DNA of 64,000 nt from Candidatus Hodarchaeota archaeon (GCA_029856365.1 JAHQWW010000008.1:9579-73578); one strand, 5' to 3'; counted from the stretch's first letter, positions 51,722-62,640 are shown. Notes: generated from the sequence alone by a model not told the origin. Numbers and translations: made by a program.

Positions 51722-52036
51722 CTAACCTTTGAGTTTAACAAAATCTGTAGCATCTATTGTCCCATGGGTTCGAAAAATCGATAGGATGATCCCCAGGCCG
51801 ACTGCGGCTTCAGCTGCTGCTAAAGCAATACTGATAATAACACCCACATGTCCAGTAACAAAAGTAAGATCATTATACAGTGCAAAAATTGCAAAATTGA
51901 TATTAGCAGAATTTATCATGATTTCAATTGATATCAGCATTCGTACTGCTGATTGAGACTTAATGAATCCTGCAAAGCCAATTAAAAACAAAATAAGGGC
52001 AATTCCAACAAATACCCAAGCATCTAAGTCAGTCAT
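51722..52036 (-). CDS. nuoK: Complex I-like subunit K
   Basis: SIEIMINSAN, AAAEAAVGL. Confidence 0.92.
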   Translation of the reverse strand: MTDLDAWVFVGIALILFLIGFAGFIKSQSAVRMLISIEIMINSANINFAIFALYNDLTFVTGHVGVIISIALAAAEAAVGLGIILSIFRTHGTIDATDFVKLKG

Positions 52037-52590
52037 ATGTCTTCAACCTCTTTTTTTACTAGATAAACACTACCAAGCATTGCTGCAAGTAAAAGGAATC
52101 CTAGCACTAATATTGTCCCTCCATGAACCGTGAATAACATCTTGGCCATGTCTCTTATTAAATCTATTTCACTAGGCTTGTTGGTCAGGTCAGGTTTTTG
52201 CCAAAAAATGCTACTGACTCGTGAAAGTACATAAAGCGCAATAAGGAGTAAAATGAAGCTCCCTGCAAAACTTAATCGCCAATCTAATAATTTCAAATCT
52301 TTTTGTTCCTCAAACATTGCTTCTTTTCCAGAAAGGGAAATTGCAAAAACAAATAAAACGGTGATTCCTCCAGCATATACAATCATCTGAATAACTAAGA
52401 GAAGAGATGACTCAGCATAGAGTAAAAAGATCATAGCAACACCTAACAGGGTGAATACAAGCCATAGTACAGCATGGTAGACACTTTTAACTGTAACAGC
52501 TAGGAATGCTGACCCTATTGTATATCCAATCAATATAAAGAAAAAAAATAATTCTAGAGTTTGAAATAACTCCGTAGGAATTAAAGCCAT
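52033..52590 (-). CDS. nuoJ: Complex I-like subunit J
   Basis: QMIVYAGGITVLFVFAI. Confidence 0.9.
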   Translation of the reverse strand: MALIPTELFQTLELFFFFILIGYTIGSAFLAVTVKSVYHAVLWLVFTLLGVAMIFLLYAESSLLLVIQMIVYAGGITVLFVFAISLSGKEAMFEEQKDLKLLDWRLSFAGSFILLLIALYVLSRVSSIFWQKPDLTNKPSEIDLIRDMAKMLFTVHGGTILVLGFLLLAAMLGSVYLVKKEVEDI

Positions 52591-52592
52591 TT

Positions 52593-53219
52593 TTAATCAT
52601 CCAGTTCCTTATTCTCAGAAGTTAAAAATTCCTCAATTGATTTACCATATGTTTCAACATACTTTTGCTGTTGCTGTTCATACTCTTTTGGATAATACAA
52701 TTTATAAACATCGTATAAATCAAAATAAGTGTAATATAAATCTTCCTTTTTTGAGGTAGCCCCATCAAATCCAGCTGAATGATATAAGGCATCATATCTG
52801 CATGCTTCGACACAAAAACCACAATACATACATCGCCCAATAAAGATTTGAGGAGATTCTAATGGCCGTTTCTTTTCCCAATGAGGAGGTTGAGGATCAA
52901 GTAACTTCATTTCTATACATTTATTGGGACAAGCTCTTTCACAGGCCTTACAACCAGTACAATTCATAAGATTTAAGGCTATTAATCCACGAAAATTAGG
53001 TGAAATATGTGGTGTGTGATTGAAAACGTCCGAAAGAGATAGATCTCTATCTAAGACAGTTTGTCCTTTTTTAGCGAGCTCTTTTGGAAAATAAATGGTA
53101 TTCTTGTTTCTACGATCGCCATCAGGTATTGTAATTGGTTTTTTTAAGAAAATATGTCGGAAGATGTAAGCCAATGGACGAGTAATTAAAATATTTGGAA
53201 TATAACGGAAATTTACCAT
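52593..53219 (-). CDS. nuoI: Complex I-like subunit I (2x[4Fe-4S])
   Basis: CTGCKACERACP, CMYCGFCVEAC. Confidence 0.92.
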   Translation of the reverse strand: MVNFRYIPNILITRPLAYIFRHIFLKKPITIPDGDRRNKNTIYFPKELAKKGQTVLDRDLSLSDVFNHTPHISPNFRGLIALNLMNCTGCKACERACPNKCIEMKLLDPQPPHWEKKRPLESPQIFIGRCMYCGFCVEACRYDALYHSAGFDGATSKKEDLYYTYFDLYDVYKLYYPKEYEQQQQKYVETYGKSIEEFLTSENKELDD

Positions 53220-54386
53220 TTAAGGAACCACTCCGAAGAATTGGGGATAGTACAGCATAATTAATACAATATAGATTATATTTAAAATTGCTAGAGGAAT
53301 TAGTCCCTTCCATCCAATGTCTAGTAACTGGTCTGGTCTTACCCTTGGTAATGAAGCACGTACCCAGATATACAAGAAGATAAATATCCACAGTTTCACT
53401 AAAATAATTAAAAACGCAAGAAGGTGAATTGTCTCAATTTCGTGCTTAAAGAGATTAAAGGGTAAATAAGGTCCTCCCCAGAAGAGAAATACTCCTATAA
53501 ACGCACCAATCAAGAGGATGAAATATTCAGTCGCCATGGACATCATATATCGAAAACCAGTAAGTTCAGTTCGCCAACCCATAACTAATTCTGCTTCAGC
53601 TTCAGGAATATCAAAGGGGACTCTCTCTGTTTCTGCTGTTAGTGCAGCCATGAAAATAATAAATCCTATAGGCATTAGAATAGCAAAAGGAAGAAGCAGA
53701 GTTGCTTGTTGTTTAGCAATTTCAACAAATGAAAAAGAATTGGTTACCAATACAACTGATGCAATAGAAAGCATCAATGGAATCTCGTAACTAATCATTT
53801 GAACTGCTGATCGAAATCCTCCTATGAGAGAGTATTTATTGTTTGAAGACCATCCTGTAATAAGAACACCAACAGGATATAAAGAAAAAAGAGCAAATAT
53901 AAGTAAGAAACCTACAGCAGGATCTGCAATTACCAAGGTTGCACCTAAAGGTAACAATGCCCCTAGTATGAATGGCGGAGCTACAACAAAAGCAAAAAAT
54001 CCAACATTAAAAGGAAATTTATCTGCTTTTTCAGGTACAATATCTTCCTTAGAGAAAAATTTCAGGAACTCGGCAATGTTCTGTAATAATCCAAATTTCC
54101 ATGTTCTACCGAAGAAATGCCCATAGTTGAAATCAATAAAGACTGGGCCGCGTGCAGTCCATGCCCTACCTGATGATATCTTCCTTTCTAACCAGATTAA
54201 CAAAATTGTATTGACAATTAGAAATACGAGGATAGTTGTCATTTCCAATGAATCAATTACAAATGACCTTATTGGGCCTATGTGCTCAGGAGGAACTAAT
54301 GGTTCAATTAAAAGAGGTATGATCCCTGGCCACCATTCCCAGCCATCTAAAAGCCAATCATACAAACCATAACCCATAATCTTCAC
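53220..54386 (-). CDS. nuoH: Complex I-like subunit H
   Basis: WLERK, KEDIVP, SNNKYSLIGG, AETERVPFDIPEAEAEL, PRVRPDQL. Confidence 0.93.
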   Translation of the reverse strand: MKIMGYGLYDWLLDGWEWWPGIIPLLIEPLVPPEHIGPIRSFVIDSLEMTTILVFLIVNTILLIWLERKISSGRAWTARGPVFIDFNYGHFFGRTWKFGLLQNIAEFLKFFSKEDIVPEKADKFPFNVGFFAFVVAPPFILGALLPLGATLVIADPAVGFLLIFALFSLYPVGVLITGWSSNNKYSLIGGFRSAVQMISYEIPLMLSIASVVLVTNSFSFVEIAKQQATLLLPFAILMPIGFIIFMAALTAETERVPFDIPEAEAELVMGWRTELTGFRYMMSMATEYFILLIGAFIGVFLFWGGPYLPFNLFKHEIETIHLLAFLIILVKLWIFIFLYIWVRASLPRVRPDQLLDIGWKGLIPLAILNIIYIVLIMLYYPQFFGVVP

Positions 54387-55487
54387 CTATCGATCGATTT
54401 CTCCCATACAAAGGTCTATGCTTGCAACAGTAGGGGCAATATCTGCTACTTTACCCCCCTTCAAAATATAGTTACATATTGCTAAATTTGAATAAGCAGG
54501 AGATTTAATCTTCACACGGTAAGGAATTCGGTCATCATTCCCAATTATATAAAAAGCAGCTTCTCCACGAGGATCTTCTGTTCGAAAGTAAATATCTCCT
54601 TTAGGCAGCTTACGTGGAGGCTTTTGGAGAATTTCCCCCTCTAAAGGTATTTGATCTAGTGCTTGACGAATTAATCTGATGGATTGAAACATCTCTTCCA
54701 TTCGAATCTCATATCGAGCATAGCAATCCCCAGAAGTACGCATGGGAATGTCAAATTCAAGTTCATCATATACTAGATATGGTTCAATTTTTCGTAAATC
54801 AGCTTGTACCCCAGAAGCGCGTAATACAGGACCAGTAGCACCAAGATTCAACGCGTCATTTTTAGTTATGATCCCCACATTCTCACTCCTGAGTAAGAAT
54901 ACTTTTGAATCATCCAAAATTGCTTTATATTCCTTTAATCGTTCCTCAAGATAGTGAGTGAGATTATGACAATCTTCTTTGAACCCTTGTGGCAAATCAC
55001 GACGTAAACCCCCTGCAGTGAAGTAGTTATACATCATTCGGGATCCAGTTACATGTTCTAAGAGATCTAACACATATTCTCTTTCCCGATATGCGATAAC
55101 TAACATAGTTACTACTCCAACATCAGTTGAATATGCTGAAAGCCAAGTCAAGTGAGAAGCAATCCGTTGAAGTTCTAACATAATTGTACGAATGTATTGG
55201 GCCCGTTTGCTTACTTCAACCCCCATTAACTTCTCTACAGCCATAGTGTAACTTGCTTCCCAACTCATCCCAGAAACATAACAGAGTCGGTTAGTTAAAG
55301 GTTGAATAGCGTTATAGGGACGCGATTCGGCAATTTTTTCAATCATCCTGAAAACGTAACCTATTAACACCTCTGCATCAATAACAAGTTCACCTGCAGT
55401 CTTTACTTTCAAAGTCCATAAGCCATGATTTACTGGATGCTGTGGACCCATATGGATATACATCTGTTCACTCATTATTATTTTCAC
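54387..55487 (-). CDS. nuoD: Complex I-like subunit D (FpoD-like; no CxxC Ni pairs)
   Basis: MGPQHPVNHG, RLCYVS, ELQRIASHL, DLCMGEIDR. Confidence 0.92.
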   Translation of the reverse strand: MKIIMSEQMYIHMGPQHPVNHGLWTLKVKTAGELVIDAEVLIGYVFRMIEKIAESRPYNAIQPLTNRLCYVSGMSWEASYTMAVEKLMGVEVSKRAQYIRTIMLELQRIASHLTWLSAYSTDVGVVTMLVIAYREREYVLDLLEHVTGSRMMYNYFTAGGLRRDLPQGFKEDCHNLTHYLEERLKEYKAILDDSKVFLLRSENVGIITKNDALNLGATGPVLRASGVQADLRKIEPYLVYDELEFDIPMRTSGDCYARYEIRMEEMFQSIRLIRQALDQIPLEGEILQKPPRKLPKGDIYFRTEDPRGEAAFYIIGNDDRIPYRVKIKSPAYSNLAICNYILKGGKVADIAPTVASIDLCMGEIDR

Positions 55488-55492
55488 TCACA

Positions 55493-56002
55493 TTATTTAG
55501 TATGTGGTTTGAAAGAAAACGGTTTTTCAGGCAAGTGATAATCTCGGCGCATGGGATGCAGTTCCGAAATGTGTTTATGCTCATAATCATCCCATTCTTC
55601 GGGGAGAAGTAACCTTTTCAAATTTGGGTGATTTATAATGCTAATCCCAAAAAGATCAAACAGTTCTCGTTCGTGCCAATTTGCAGATTCCCAAATAGGA
55701 GTTATTGTTGGGATAGCTGGATTTTCTCGGTCATTAACCTTGACATGGACTTGTAAAACTGTTGGATCACCATCCCATCTATCAATATGGTAGACTACAT
55801 CGAAATGTGTTTCATAATCTACTCCTGAAATTGCTTCTAGGGATGTAAATAGTAATTCTGAAGCAATATATTGCATAATATCTACTAAATCTTCTACAGG
55901 AATTTGTAATCGAATACGATTAGTCTCAGATATCTCTGTTATTGATAATTTTGTATTAAATCTTTCTTTTAACCGATTTAAATGATTCTCTGCAACAGAC
56001 AT
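55493..56002 (-). CDS. nuoC: Complex I-like subunit C
   Basis: ANWHERELFDLFGI...HPNLKRLLLP. Confidence 0.92.
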   Translation of the reverse strand: MSVAENHLNRLKERFNTKLSITEISETNRIRLQIPVEDLVDIMQYIASELLFTSLEAISGVDYETHFDVVYHIDRWDGDPTVLQVHVKVNDRENPAIPTITPIWESANWHERELFDLFGISIINHPNLKRLLLPEEWDDYEHKHISELHPMRRDYHLPEKPFSFKPHTK

Positions 56003-56700
56003 TATTCTGCCTCCTTTAATAGCTTTTTACGGCGTAATCGTAAGTCCATCATTGGAGGATCTCGGTCATAAAATTCTCTAGGCTCTTCAAGCAGTGGTTC
56101 AGGTATGAAAACTCCATCTGATCTAATTTTTTCCTGGAGGCGATGAATCCCCGCCCACATAGCTTCTGGACGAGGAGGACAGCCAGGAACATAAACATCT
56201 ACAGGGATTACTTGGTCTGCACCTTCTAGTATCGTTGGTGCCTGCCAGAAAGGTCCTCCAGAAATTGCACATTCACCAGTCGCTAAAACCCATTTAGGAG
56301 CAGGCATTTGATCATAGATATCCCGAAGGCGGGGAATAAATTTTATGCTTACAGGACCATTAAGCCACAATACATCACAATGTCTAGGGCTAGCTCGAGC
56401 TAAAACCCCAATCCGTTGAGTATCATACCGACTAGCCATTGTTGCACCCATTTCTATGGCACAACATTTCATTCCAAGATATACAGGATAAAGGCTACAT
56501 CTCTGAGCCCAATTACGAAGCCAATTGATCATAACAGTTACAAAATTTCGTGAGTGAGTAAGGACCACATTTGGCATTGGTTCATAAATCTCTAATTCTC
56601 CCAGTTCTTTACATTCTTTCCTAATTCCCCATGTTTTTTGCCGTGAAGTACGGAAATATGACTTTAGTTGATCCAGTTTCGACATAATTCTTACACCCAC
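56002..56700 (-). CDS. nuoB: Complex I-like subunit B
   Basis: CCAIEM, ASPRH, GECAISGG, PGCPPRPE. Confidence 0.93.
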   Translation of the reverse strand: MGVRIMSKLDQLKSYFRTSRQKTWGIRKECKELGELEIYEPMPNVVLTHSRNFVTVMINWLRNWAQRCSLYPVYLGMKCCAIEMGATMASRYDTQRIGVLARASPRHCDVLWLNGPVSIKFIPRLRDIYDQMPAPKWVLATGECAISGGPFWQAPTILEGADQVIPVDVYVPGCPPRPEAMWAGIHRLQEKIRSDGVFIPEPLLEEPREFYDRDPPMMDLRLRRKKLLKEAE

Positions 56701-57074
56701 TTCATTGTTCCTTTTTTCATCCAGAAGAACAATCCAATTAAAACAAATAAGGCAAATACACTCATAATAAGAATAATGGTAATTTTTTCTTCAATGATTT
56801 GGAAAGCATAAGCCCAGAGAAGAAAGAAAATGGTTAGGATATCAAAAAGCACAAATACAACTGCAAAGGTGAAGAATTGAGCATTGAATCTAACCTGGGC
56901 ATCTCCTATTGGTTTCTCTCCACACTCGTAGGTAGTAGTTGCGGCTTTCAGGCGTGGAATATTGGGTGCCAATATATATTGAATGATCTTAATTACAACT
57001 GGACTGGCTAGTCCTGCTACAAGAAAAATACCTAGATGAGTAAGCTCAAGGTCAATCATGTGATGTCCCATCAC
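56691..57074 (-). CDS. nuoA: Complex I-like subunit A
   Basis: YECGEKP, FVLFD, KKG..KW. Confidence 0.9.
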   Translation of the reverse strand: MMGHHMIDLELTHLGIFLVAGLASPVVIKIIQYILAPNIPRLKAATTTYECGEKPIGDAQVRFNAQFFTFAVVFVLFDILTIFFLLWAYAFQIIEEKITIILIMSVFALFVLIGLFFWMKKGTMKWV

Positions 57075-57240
57075 TGAGAATAATTTAGTTTTAGGTTGGA
57101 GAGATTTTTATCATTAAAATTATGATATTCCGCAGAAAATGGTGGTTATTTATAATTTGGCATACTTTTTCCTCAGAAGTAAACAATGTAGACACTGAAT
57201 TTATTAATATTAATGAAAGGGCTTTTCATGGTTTTTAAGG

Positions 57241-58683
57241 GTGAAAATTCTCCTTTTAGTCCCACCAGCAAAACGAAAAGAAGTAAACAAGTACCAACTT
57301 GCCTTTTTAAACTTTACTGCGCCTCCTCTCGGCTTAGGATATATTGCTGCTGTGTTAGAAAAGAATGGTTTTTCTAAAGTTAGAATATTAGACTGTTCAG
57401 CTTTAGAATATTCGTTTGAAAGCTATCGAAAATACTTAAAACGATTTGCTCCTGATTTTGTAGGAATTCAAACACTCACACCTAATCTCTATAATGCTCT
57501 TCAAGCAGCCCACATTGCTAAAGAGGAGAAAGTTCCAATTGTAGCGTTGGGAGGCTACCATCCAACTGCCATGCCAGATGAGTGTTTAGAGTTAGCTAAT
57601 GGAGATGTTGACCTTGTATTCCGTGGGGAATCTGAATATTCTGTTTTAGAGTTTATAAAACATTTTGAAACTGGCCACGATTGGACTCGAATTAGGGGGA
57701 TTTCCTATTTAAACAAAGATAATCTAGCCAAACATAATCATCCTGCACCGTTCATCCAAGATCTGGACACTCTTCCTCTACCTGCCCGTCATCTCCTACC
57801 TATGGAAAAATATCGAATTTTTGGATCATCTTTTCCCGCAACTTCAGTCATTACAAGCCGAGGATGTCCTTTCTCTTGTGATTTTTGTAGTGTTTCAGCT
57901 TTTTATGGGGCGAAATGGCGTCCCCGTTCACCAGAGAAGATTACAGAAGAAATCCGTTATCTGCGCGAAATGATGGATTTGAAAGCAACAGCATTTGTAG
58001 ATGACTTGTTTTTTATCTCAAAACGTCGTGTTAAACGATTAGTCCACGGCCTTTCTAAGATTAAGGATATTTATTGGGGTGCAACAACACGAGCAGATAG
58101 GGGGGAACTTGGACTACTTACTCTCATGAGAAAAGCAGGCTGCAGGCTAGTTTTTGTTGGTGTTGAATCTGGAAATCAAGCAATTCTTAATCAAATTCGT
58201 AAGAGAACCTTGGTTAGTCAGATTGAACAATATTTTGATAACACCAAAAAAGCACACATGGATACATTAGCCTCATTGTCTTTCGGATTTCCTGGAGAGA
58301 CAAGACAGACAATAAAAGCCACTGTGAACTGGGTCATCAACCGACTAGATCCAGAATTAGCATTATTCACTCTTGCGACACCCTATCCTGGTACGGAATT
58401 TTATCGGAATATGTTAAATGAAGGGAAGATAAAAGAGCACGACTATAGTAAATACAATCTTTTTTATCCTATTACAGAAAACACTGGGATGTCACGAGAA
58501 GAAATGAAGACAATGACGAAGTGGGCGTATAAAAGATTCTATCTTCGACCCAAAAAAATATTACAAAACACTTTACGAGAATTAAGATATTCAATGGAGA
58601 GTTATGGTTTCAGTCAATTCCTGTACAATGGCAGCGTATTCGCTAAAGGAATTGTTAATATGAAGATTTTAACCTCAATGTAA
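57241..58683 (+). CDS. Cobalamin-binding radical SAM protein
   Basis: PPLGLGYIAA, GGYHPT, TSRGCPFSCDFC, FVDD, GVESG, TPYPGT. Confidence 0.9.
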   Translation: MKILLLVPPAKRKEVNKYQLAFLNFTAPPLGLGYIAAVLEKNGFSKVRILDCSALEYSFESYRKYLKRFAPDFVGIQTLTPNLYNALQAAHIAKEEKVPIVALGGYHPTAMPDECLELANGDVDLVFRGESEYSVLEFIKHFETGHDWTRIRGISYLNKDNLAKHNHPAPFIQDLDTLPLPARHLLPMEKYRIFGSSFPATSVITSRGCPFSCDFCSVSAFYGAKWRPRSPEKITEEIRYLREMMDLKATAFVDDLFFISKRRVKRLVHGLSKIKDIYWGATTRADRGELGLLTLMRKAGCRLVFVGVESGNQAILNQIRKRTLVSQIEQYFDNTKKAHMDTLASLSFGFPGETRQTIKATVNWVINRLDPELALFTLATPYPGTEFYRNMLNEGKIKEHDYSKYNLFYPITENTGMSREEMKTMTKWAYKRFYLRPKKILQNTLRELRYSMESYGFSQFLYNGSVFAKGIVNMKILTSM

Positions 58684-58698
58684 GGCTAATAACGAACT

Positions 58699-58944
58699 TT
58701 ATAACAAGTCTCTGCCTTTTTCTGTAATCCCAAAGGTTTCAGGATTACTTGGGAGACGCCTGATGTATTTTTTCTTCTCCAATCCCGCTAAACTTTCCTC
58801 AAATAGATTTTTGTTAAATGATTGATCAGTGATATTACTCATCTGTTTTATTTGTGCCATGATATTTAAGAAATGTATGTCTCTGTGTTGTGATATTATT
58901 TCTAGAATTGTTAATTCCATATTTGATATTTCTTCCTCTGACAT
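58699..58944 (-). CDS. Small winged-helix protein
   Basis: L..LEKKKYI...FGITEKG wHTH-like C-terminus. Confidence 0.55.
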   Translation of the reverse strand: MSEEEISNMELTILEIISQHRDIHFLNIMAQIKQMSNITDQSFNKNLFEESLAGLEKKKYIRRLPSNPETFGITEKGRDLL

Positions 58945-59232
58945 TTCTTTCCTGTCCTATCTGGTTCTCTTATTTTGAGAAATCTGGCTTTTTTATGTAT
59001 TTCTCTATTAATTTCTAAATACTGAGAGAAATTATTACAAAAGTATAATTTATGTTATTCCAAACCTTTCTATATCTATACTAAAGATAAGTTTTATCAC
59101 TGAGAAAAATTCTGAATCTATTCCGAATAAAATATAAAAGAAGAAAAAGAAGAAAAAGATAAATAATTGAAAGTGAATAATTAACTGATATTATACGATA
59201 TCTCTCATTCTCAAAAAATATAAACCTGTTAA

Positions 59233-59835
59233 TTGAGTGTATCTCTAATGGAGGAACTACAGGAACGTATCATCAAAGCTAAAGCATTAAGGAAGAGGGA
59301 AGAAATCAAAGAAGCTATAAAGATTCTAAATGAAGGACATGATATAGGTGTTAAGAACAACGCGGTTGAGGATTTAGTTGATATTCACAACCAACTTATC
59401 TTATTACATTATCAAAATAACGACCCTGTGATGTTTGAAAAATCGTATAATTTTGCCAGAACCTTAGCAGCCAGGATTAATTATAATCAAGGACTTGTAG
59501 AAACGTTTATGAACAAAGCATGGGTTGAAACAGATAACAGGAACTTTCTCGAAGCAATAACTGAAGCATCTCAAGCTCTTGCTATTGATGATATCCTAGA
59601 TAATGCCTCTGCTTTTACAACAGCCTTGTACATTATTTCAGAAGCAAATTATAGTGTTGGAGACATAGAAAAGGGAGATAAATATAAGGAATTATATCAG
59701 AAAAAACTCATGAAACTTACGGAGAGTGAGGAAAAGATGTTGAGAAGCATTGAGGGATTAAGCGTAGGAATGACCAAGGAGGAGGATATAGACACGCGGG
59801 TCAGACAAGCTTTAGATGAACTCGATTCATTTTAG
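59233..59835 (+). CDS. TPR-like alpha-helical protein
   Basis: Repeated helical TPR-like segments (EAIKIL, EAITEASQAL, YSVGDIEKG). Confidence 0.55.
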   Translation: MSVSLMEELQERIIKAKALRKREEIKEAIKILNEGHDIGVKNNAVEDLVDIHNQLILLHYQNNDPVMFEKSYNFARTLAARINYNQGLVETFMNKAWVETDNRNFLEAITEASQALAIDDILDNASAFTTALYIISEANYSVGDIEKGDKYKELYQKKLMKLTESEEKMLRSIEGLSVGMTKEEDIDTRVRQALDELDSF

Positions 59836-59916
59836 ATTCCCATCCTTTTCCATAATATTTTTATAATATCCTATCTTTTTTATCGTTTTTTTGTATATCT
59901 TCTTGGAGCATGAATC

Positions 59917-61107
59917 ATGTCTGAAAGCTATTCAAAGATACCGCTGTCTGAAATTGAATCCCGAATTACGAAGTTAAGACACCAATTAAAAAAAGACAAT
60001 ATTGATGGAGCAATTCTATTATCAACTCCCGAACTTTATTATTATTCAGGCGTGGGGTACGATGGGGCAGTCTATATACCAACAGAAGGAGGTGAACCTG
60101 TTCATCTCGTCAAGCGAAATGCTTCGTTAGCACAAGCTTTCTCACAAATACCTCAAATTCAACAATTTGGTAGAAAATCAAAGTTATTCGAAACATTGGA
60201 TATCATACAACCAGCTATCATCGCTATAGAGAAAGATGTCTTATCTTATTCATTCGTTCAATTTTTACAGTCCAAAGCGAAGAATATTCAATTAGTTAAT
60301 TGTAGCTCACTTTTCAGACAACTTCGTTCTATAAAGTCAAAATACGAAATTAATCAAATAGAACGTGCAGCGAAGTTGGTAGATCTATCATATGAATATT
60401 GTACAGAGATTGCTACTCCAGAAATGACAGAGATCGAATTATCTTTACGATTGGAAAGTTGGCTGCTTGAGAATGGGCATGATGGCTTCATTACAACATA
60501 TGGATTCAATTCGGAATTATTACACTATGCCTATGTTATTTCAAGTCAATCTTCAACATTAAATATTCATTTCACCCCAATTTCAGGTCGAGGACTCACT
60601 TTAAAATATCCGTATGGTCCTAGTCGTCAAAAGCTGGGAAGAAACCCTTTCATTGTAGATTCTTGTGGAAACAGTCAGGGATATATTTCTGATACAACAC
60701 GGACGTTCATCTGTGGACAATTTGATGAAGAGACTCGTAATCAGCTAGAATCTCTCCAAAAAATAAAAAAATTTCTTCAACGTAATTTAAAACCACCTAT
60801 AAACCTAGGAAACCTATACAATGATGTTATAGAATTAAGTAAGGAGTTGAAAATATATGATTACTTCATGGGTACTAGTACCGACAGAGTTGCCTTTATT
60901 GGGCATGGAGTGGGACTTGAACTAGATGAACTTCCTGTGTTTTATCCAAAAGGGCCCAATCTTGTCAGTGGAAATGTCCTAGCCTGTGAACCAAAGTTCT
61001 TTATCCAAGATAAAAAAGTGCTTGGGATTGAGGACACCTATGCTATTACTGATTCTGGAAACATAATTTTGTCAAATTCTCCAGATAGCTTTGAGATTTC
61101 TACGTAA
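59917..61107 (+). CDS. Xaa-Pro aminopeptidase (M24)
   Basis: LRSIKS..EI, IVD..G..YISDTTRT, GHGVGLE, EP, GIED. Confidence 0.88.
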   Translation: MSESYSKIPLSEIESRITKLRHQLKKDNIDGAILLSTPELYYYSGVGYDGAVYIPTEGGEPVHLVKRNASLAQAFSQIPQIQQFGRKSKLFETLDIIQPAIIAIEKDVLSYSFVQFLQSKAKNIQLVNCSSLFRQLRSIKSKYEINQIERAAKLVDLSYEYCTEIATPEMTEIELSLRLESWLLENGHDGFITTYGFNSELLHYAYVISSQSSTLNIHFTPISGRGLTLKYPYGPSRQKLGRNPFIVDSCGNSQGYISDTTRTFICGQFDEETRNQLESLQKIKKFLQRNLKPPINLGNLYNDVIELSKELKIYDYFMGTSTDRVAFIGHGVGLELDELPVFYPKGPNLVSGNVLACEPKFFIQDKKVLGIEDTYAITDSGNIILSNSPDSFEIST

Positions 61108-61124
61108 TATCACCGTGATTCTCC

Positions 61125-62387
61125 ATGGAAAGCTCAACGATATCCCCTAAATCTTTGATTTTCGATTTATATTTACAACCATCTCTTTTAATCGTAGCGC
61201 TTTATTCAACTATCGTAACTATCGCTTTCACTGCTCAACAATTATTACTAGCTGCATATTTGGACGAATTAGGCTTTATCTTAATTAGTGGCGTCATTAT
61301 TTCGGTTTATTTCCTATTTTGGTTTATCTTTGGCCCTATATTTGGGACTTTAAGTGACCTTCATGGTAGAAAGTTCCTCTTAATATTAGCCAATTGTGTT
61401 TCATTCGTGGGTTTTTTGGGATTGGTTTTAGTTCCAGACCCCCTATTTTTGTTTGTTATGAATGCACTTTTAGGATTCGGAGCTGCAATACGTGTTGGAT
61501 CAGTAATCGCATTATGGGTACAACATAGTCCTCAAGATCGTATCGGAGAATCTCTTGGTTATAATAGTATTTTACTCACTGTGGGGGGAGTCGGAGGTGC
61601 CTTGATAGGAGTTTTTATGTGGACAACAATTCAAGCGCAATCCTTCGTCATTTTGGGGATTCTATTACTTGTTTCAGCCATCCCTATTATCTTTATTAGT
61701 GATTCAGGGAATTATATCCCATTTTCATTTGAAACACTTTTGAATGTTGTACATGAGAAGTCCAATCAAAAAATTTTCTTCTCTATACCAATCCTTCAAG
61801 TCAGTATTCACTGGTTGGCATTTTCAACCATTGTTTCTTTTTCTACGTTTATAATTCCCATCATTGACCGACTATCGGAGGAAATCCCAACTGGATCTGG
61901 ACTCCAAATCCCATTTTATCTTTCTCTTTTTATTCTGGTAGCTCTAATAGTTTCATGTGTTGGAGGATTATTGTTTTGGGGGAGAATCTCTGATCTATGG
62001 GCAAGAAAGCCCGTATTGATCATTGGCTATGCTGGAACATTATTATTAATTCTTTCAGCTATGATATTCTTCCTGTTTGATTGGTTCCCGATATTAATTG
62101 ATGGATTGAATAGCTATGATCTCCTCAGTATAATAATAATTGGATTATTTTTTCCAATAATATTTTTTACGGCAGTTTCCTTGGTCACTACCCCAACAGC
62201 ATGGATATCTGACATTGTTGGTCAGGAAGATTTAGCTAAAGCAATGTCACTTAGACAAGTTCTCATTGGCATGGGAACCGTAATGGGAACATTAGTTGGG
62301 GGTTTTGTAATTGGAACGTTGGGAATCAGTGGCTTACTGCTCATAATCCTCATTTTACTAGTGGTTTCTGCGGTTATTCTCATATGA
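61125..62387 (+). CDS. MFS transporter
   Basis: GTLSDLHGRK and GRISDLWARK motif A copies; ~12 TM. Confidence 0.88.
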   Translation: MESSTISPKSLIFDLYLQPSLLIVALYSTIVTIAFTAQQLLLAAYLDELGFILISGVIISVYFLFWFIFGPIFGTLSDLHGRKFLLILANCVSFVGFLGLVLVPDPLFLFVMNALLGFGAAIRVGSVIALWVQHSPQDRIGESLGYNSILLTVGGVGGALIGVFMWTTIQAQSFVILGILLLVSAIPIIFISDSGNYIPFSFETLLNVVHEKSNQKIFFSIPILQVSIHWLAFSTIVSFSTFIIPIIDRLSEEIPTGSGLQIPFYLSLFILVALIVSCVGGLLFWGRISDLWARKPVLIIGYAGTLLLILSAMIFFLFDWFPILIDGLNSYDLLSIIIIGLFFPIIFFTAVSLVTTPTAWISDIVGQEDLAKAMSLRQVLIGMGTVMGTLVGGFVIGTLGISGLLLIILILLVVSAVILI

Positions 62388-62640
62388 TCCGCAATCTGGA
62401 ATAAAATATACGTAACTAACGAACACTTTTCCCATTCATTCTTTTGGTGGTTTTTTAATAAGGCTATCTGCCATAGAGATGATGATCTAGCCTTTTACTA
62501 ATGAATCCCTAAAAGTTTATATTATGCAAATTTAATATTTACCATAGAAATTTACTTATTCAAAGTGAATTTAAGTTATAGACGTTATCTATAGCACATA
62601 TCTATTATTTGAGTCACTTCATCAAGGTTGTGTATCATTA

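Noticed and set aside
46326-57074. Group 4 [NiFe] hydrogenase
   Set aside because: Large subunit lacks both CxxC nickel-binding pairs; gene order is nuo/fpo-type
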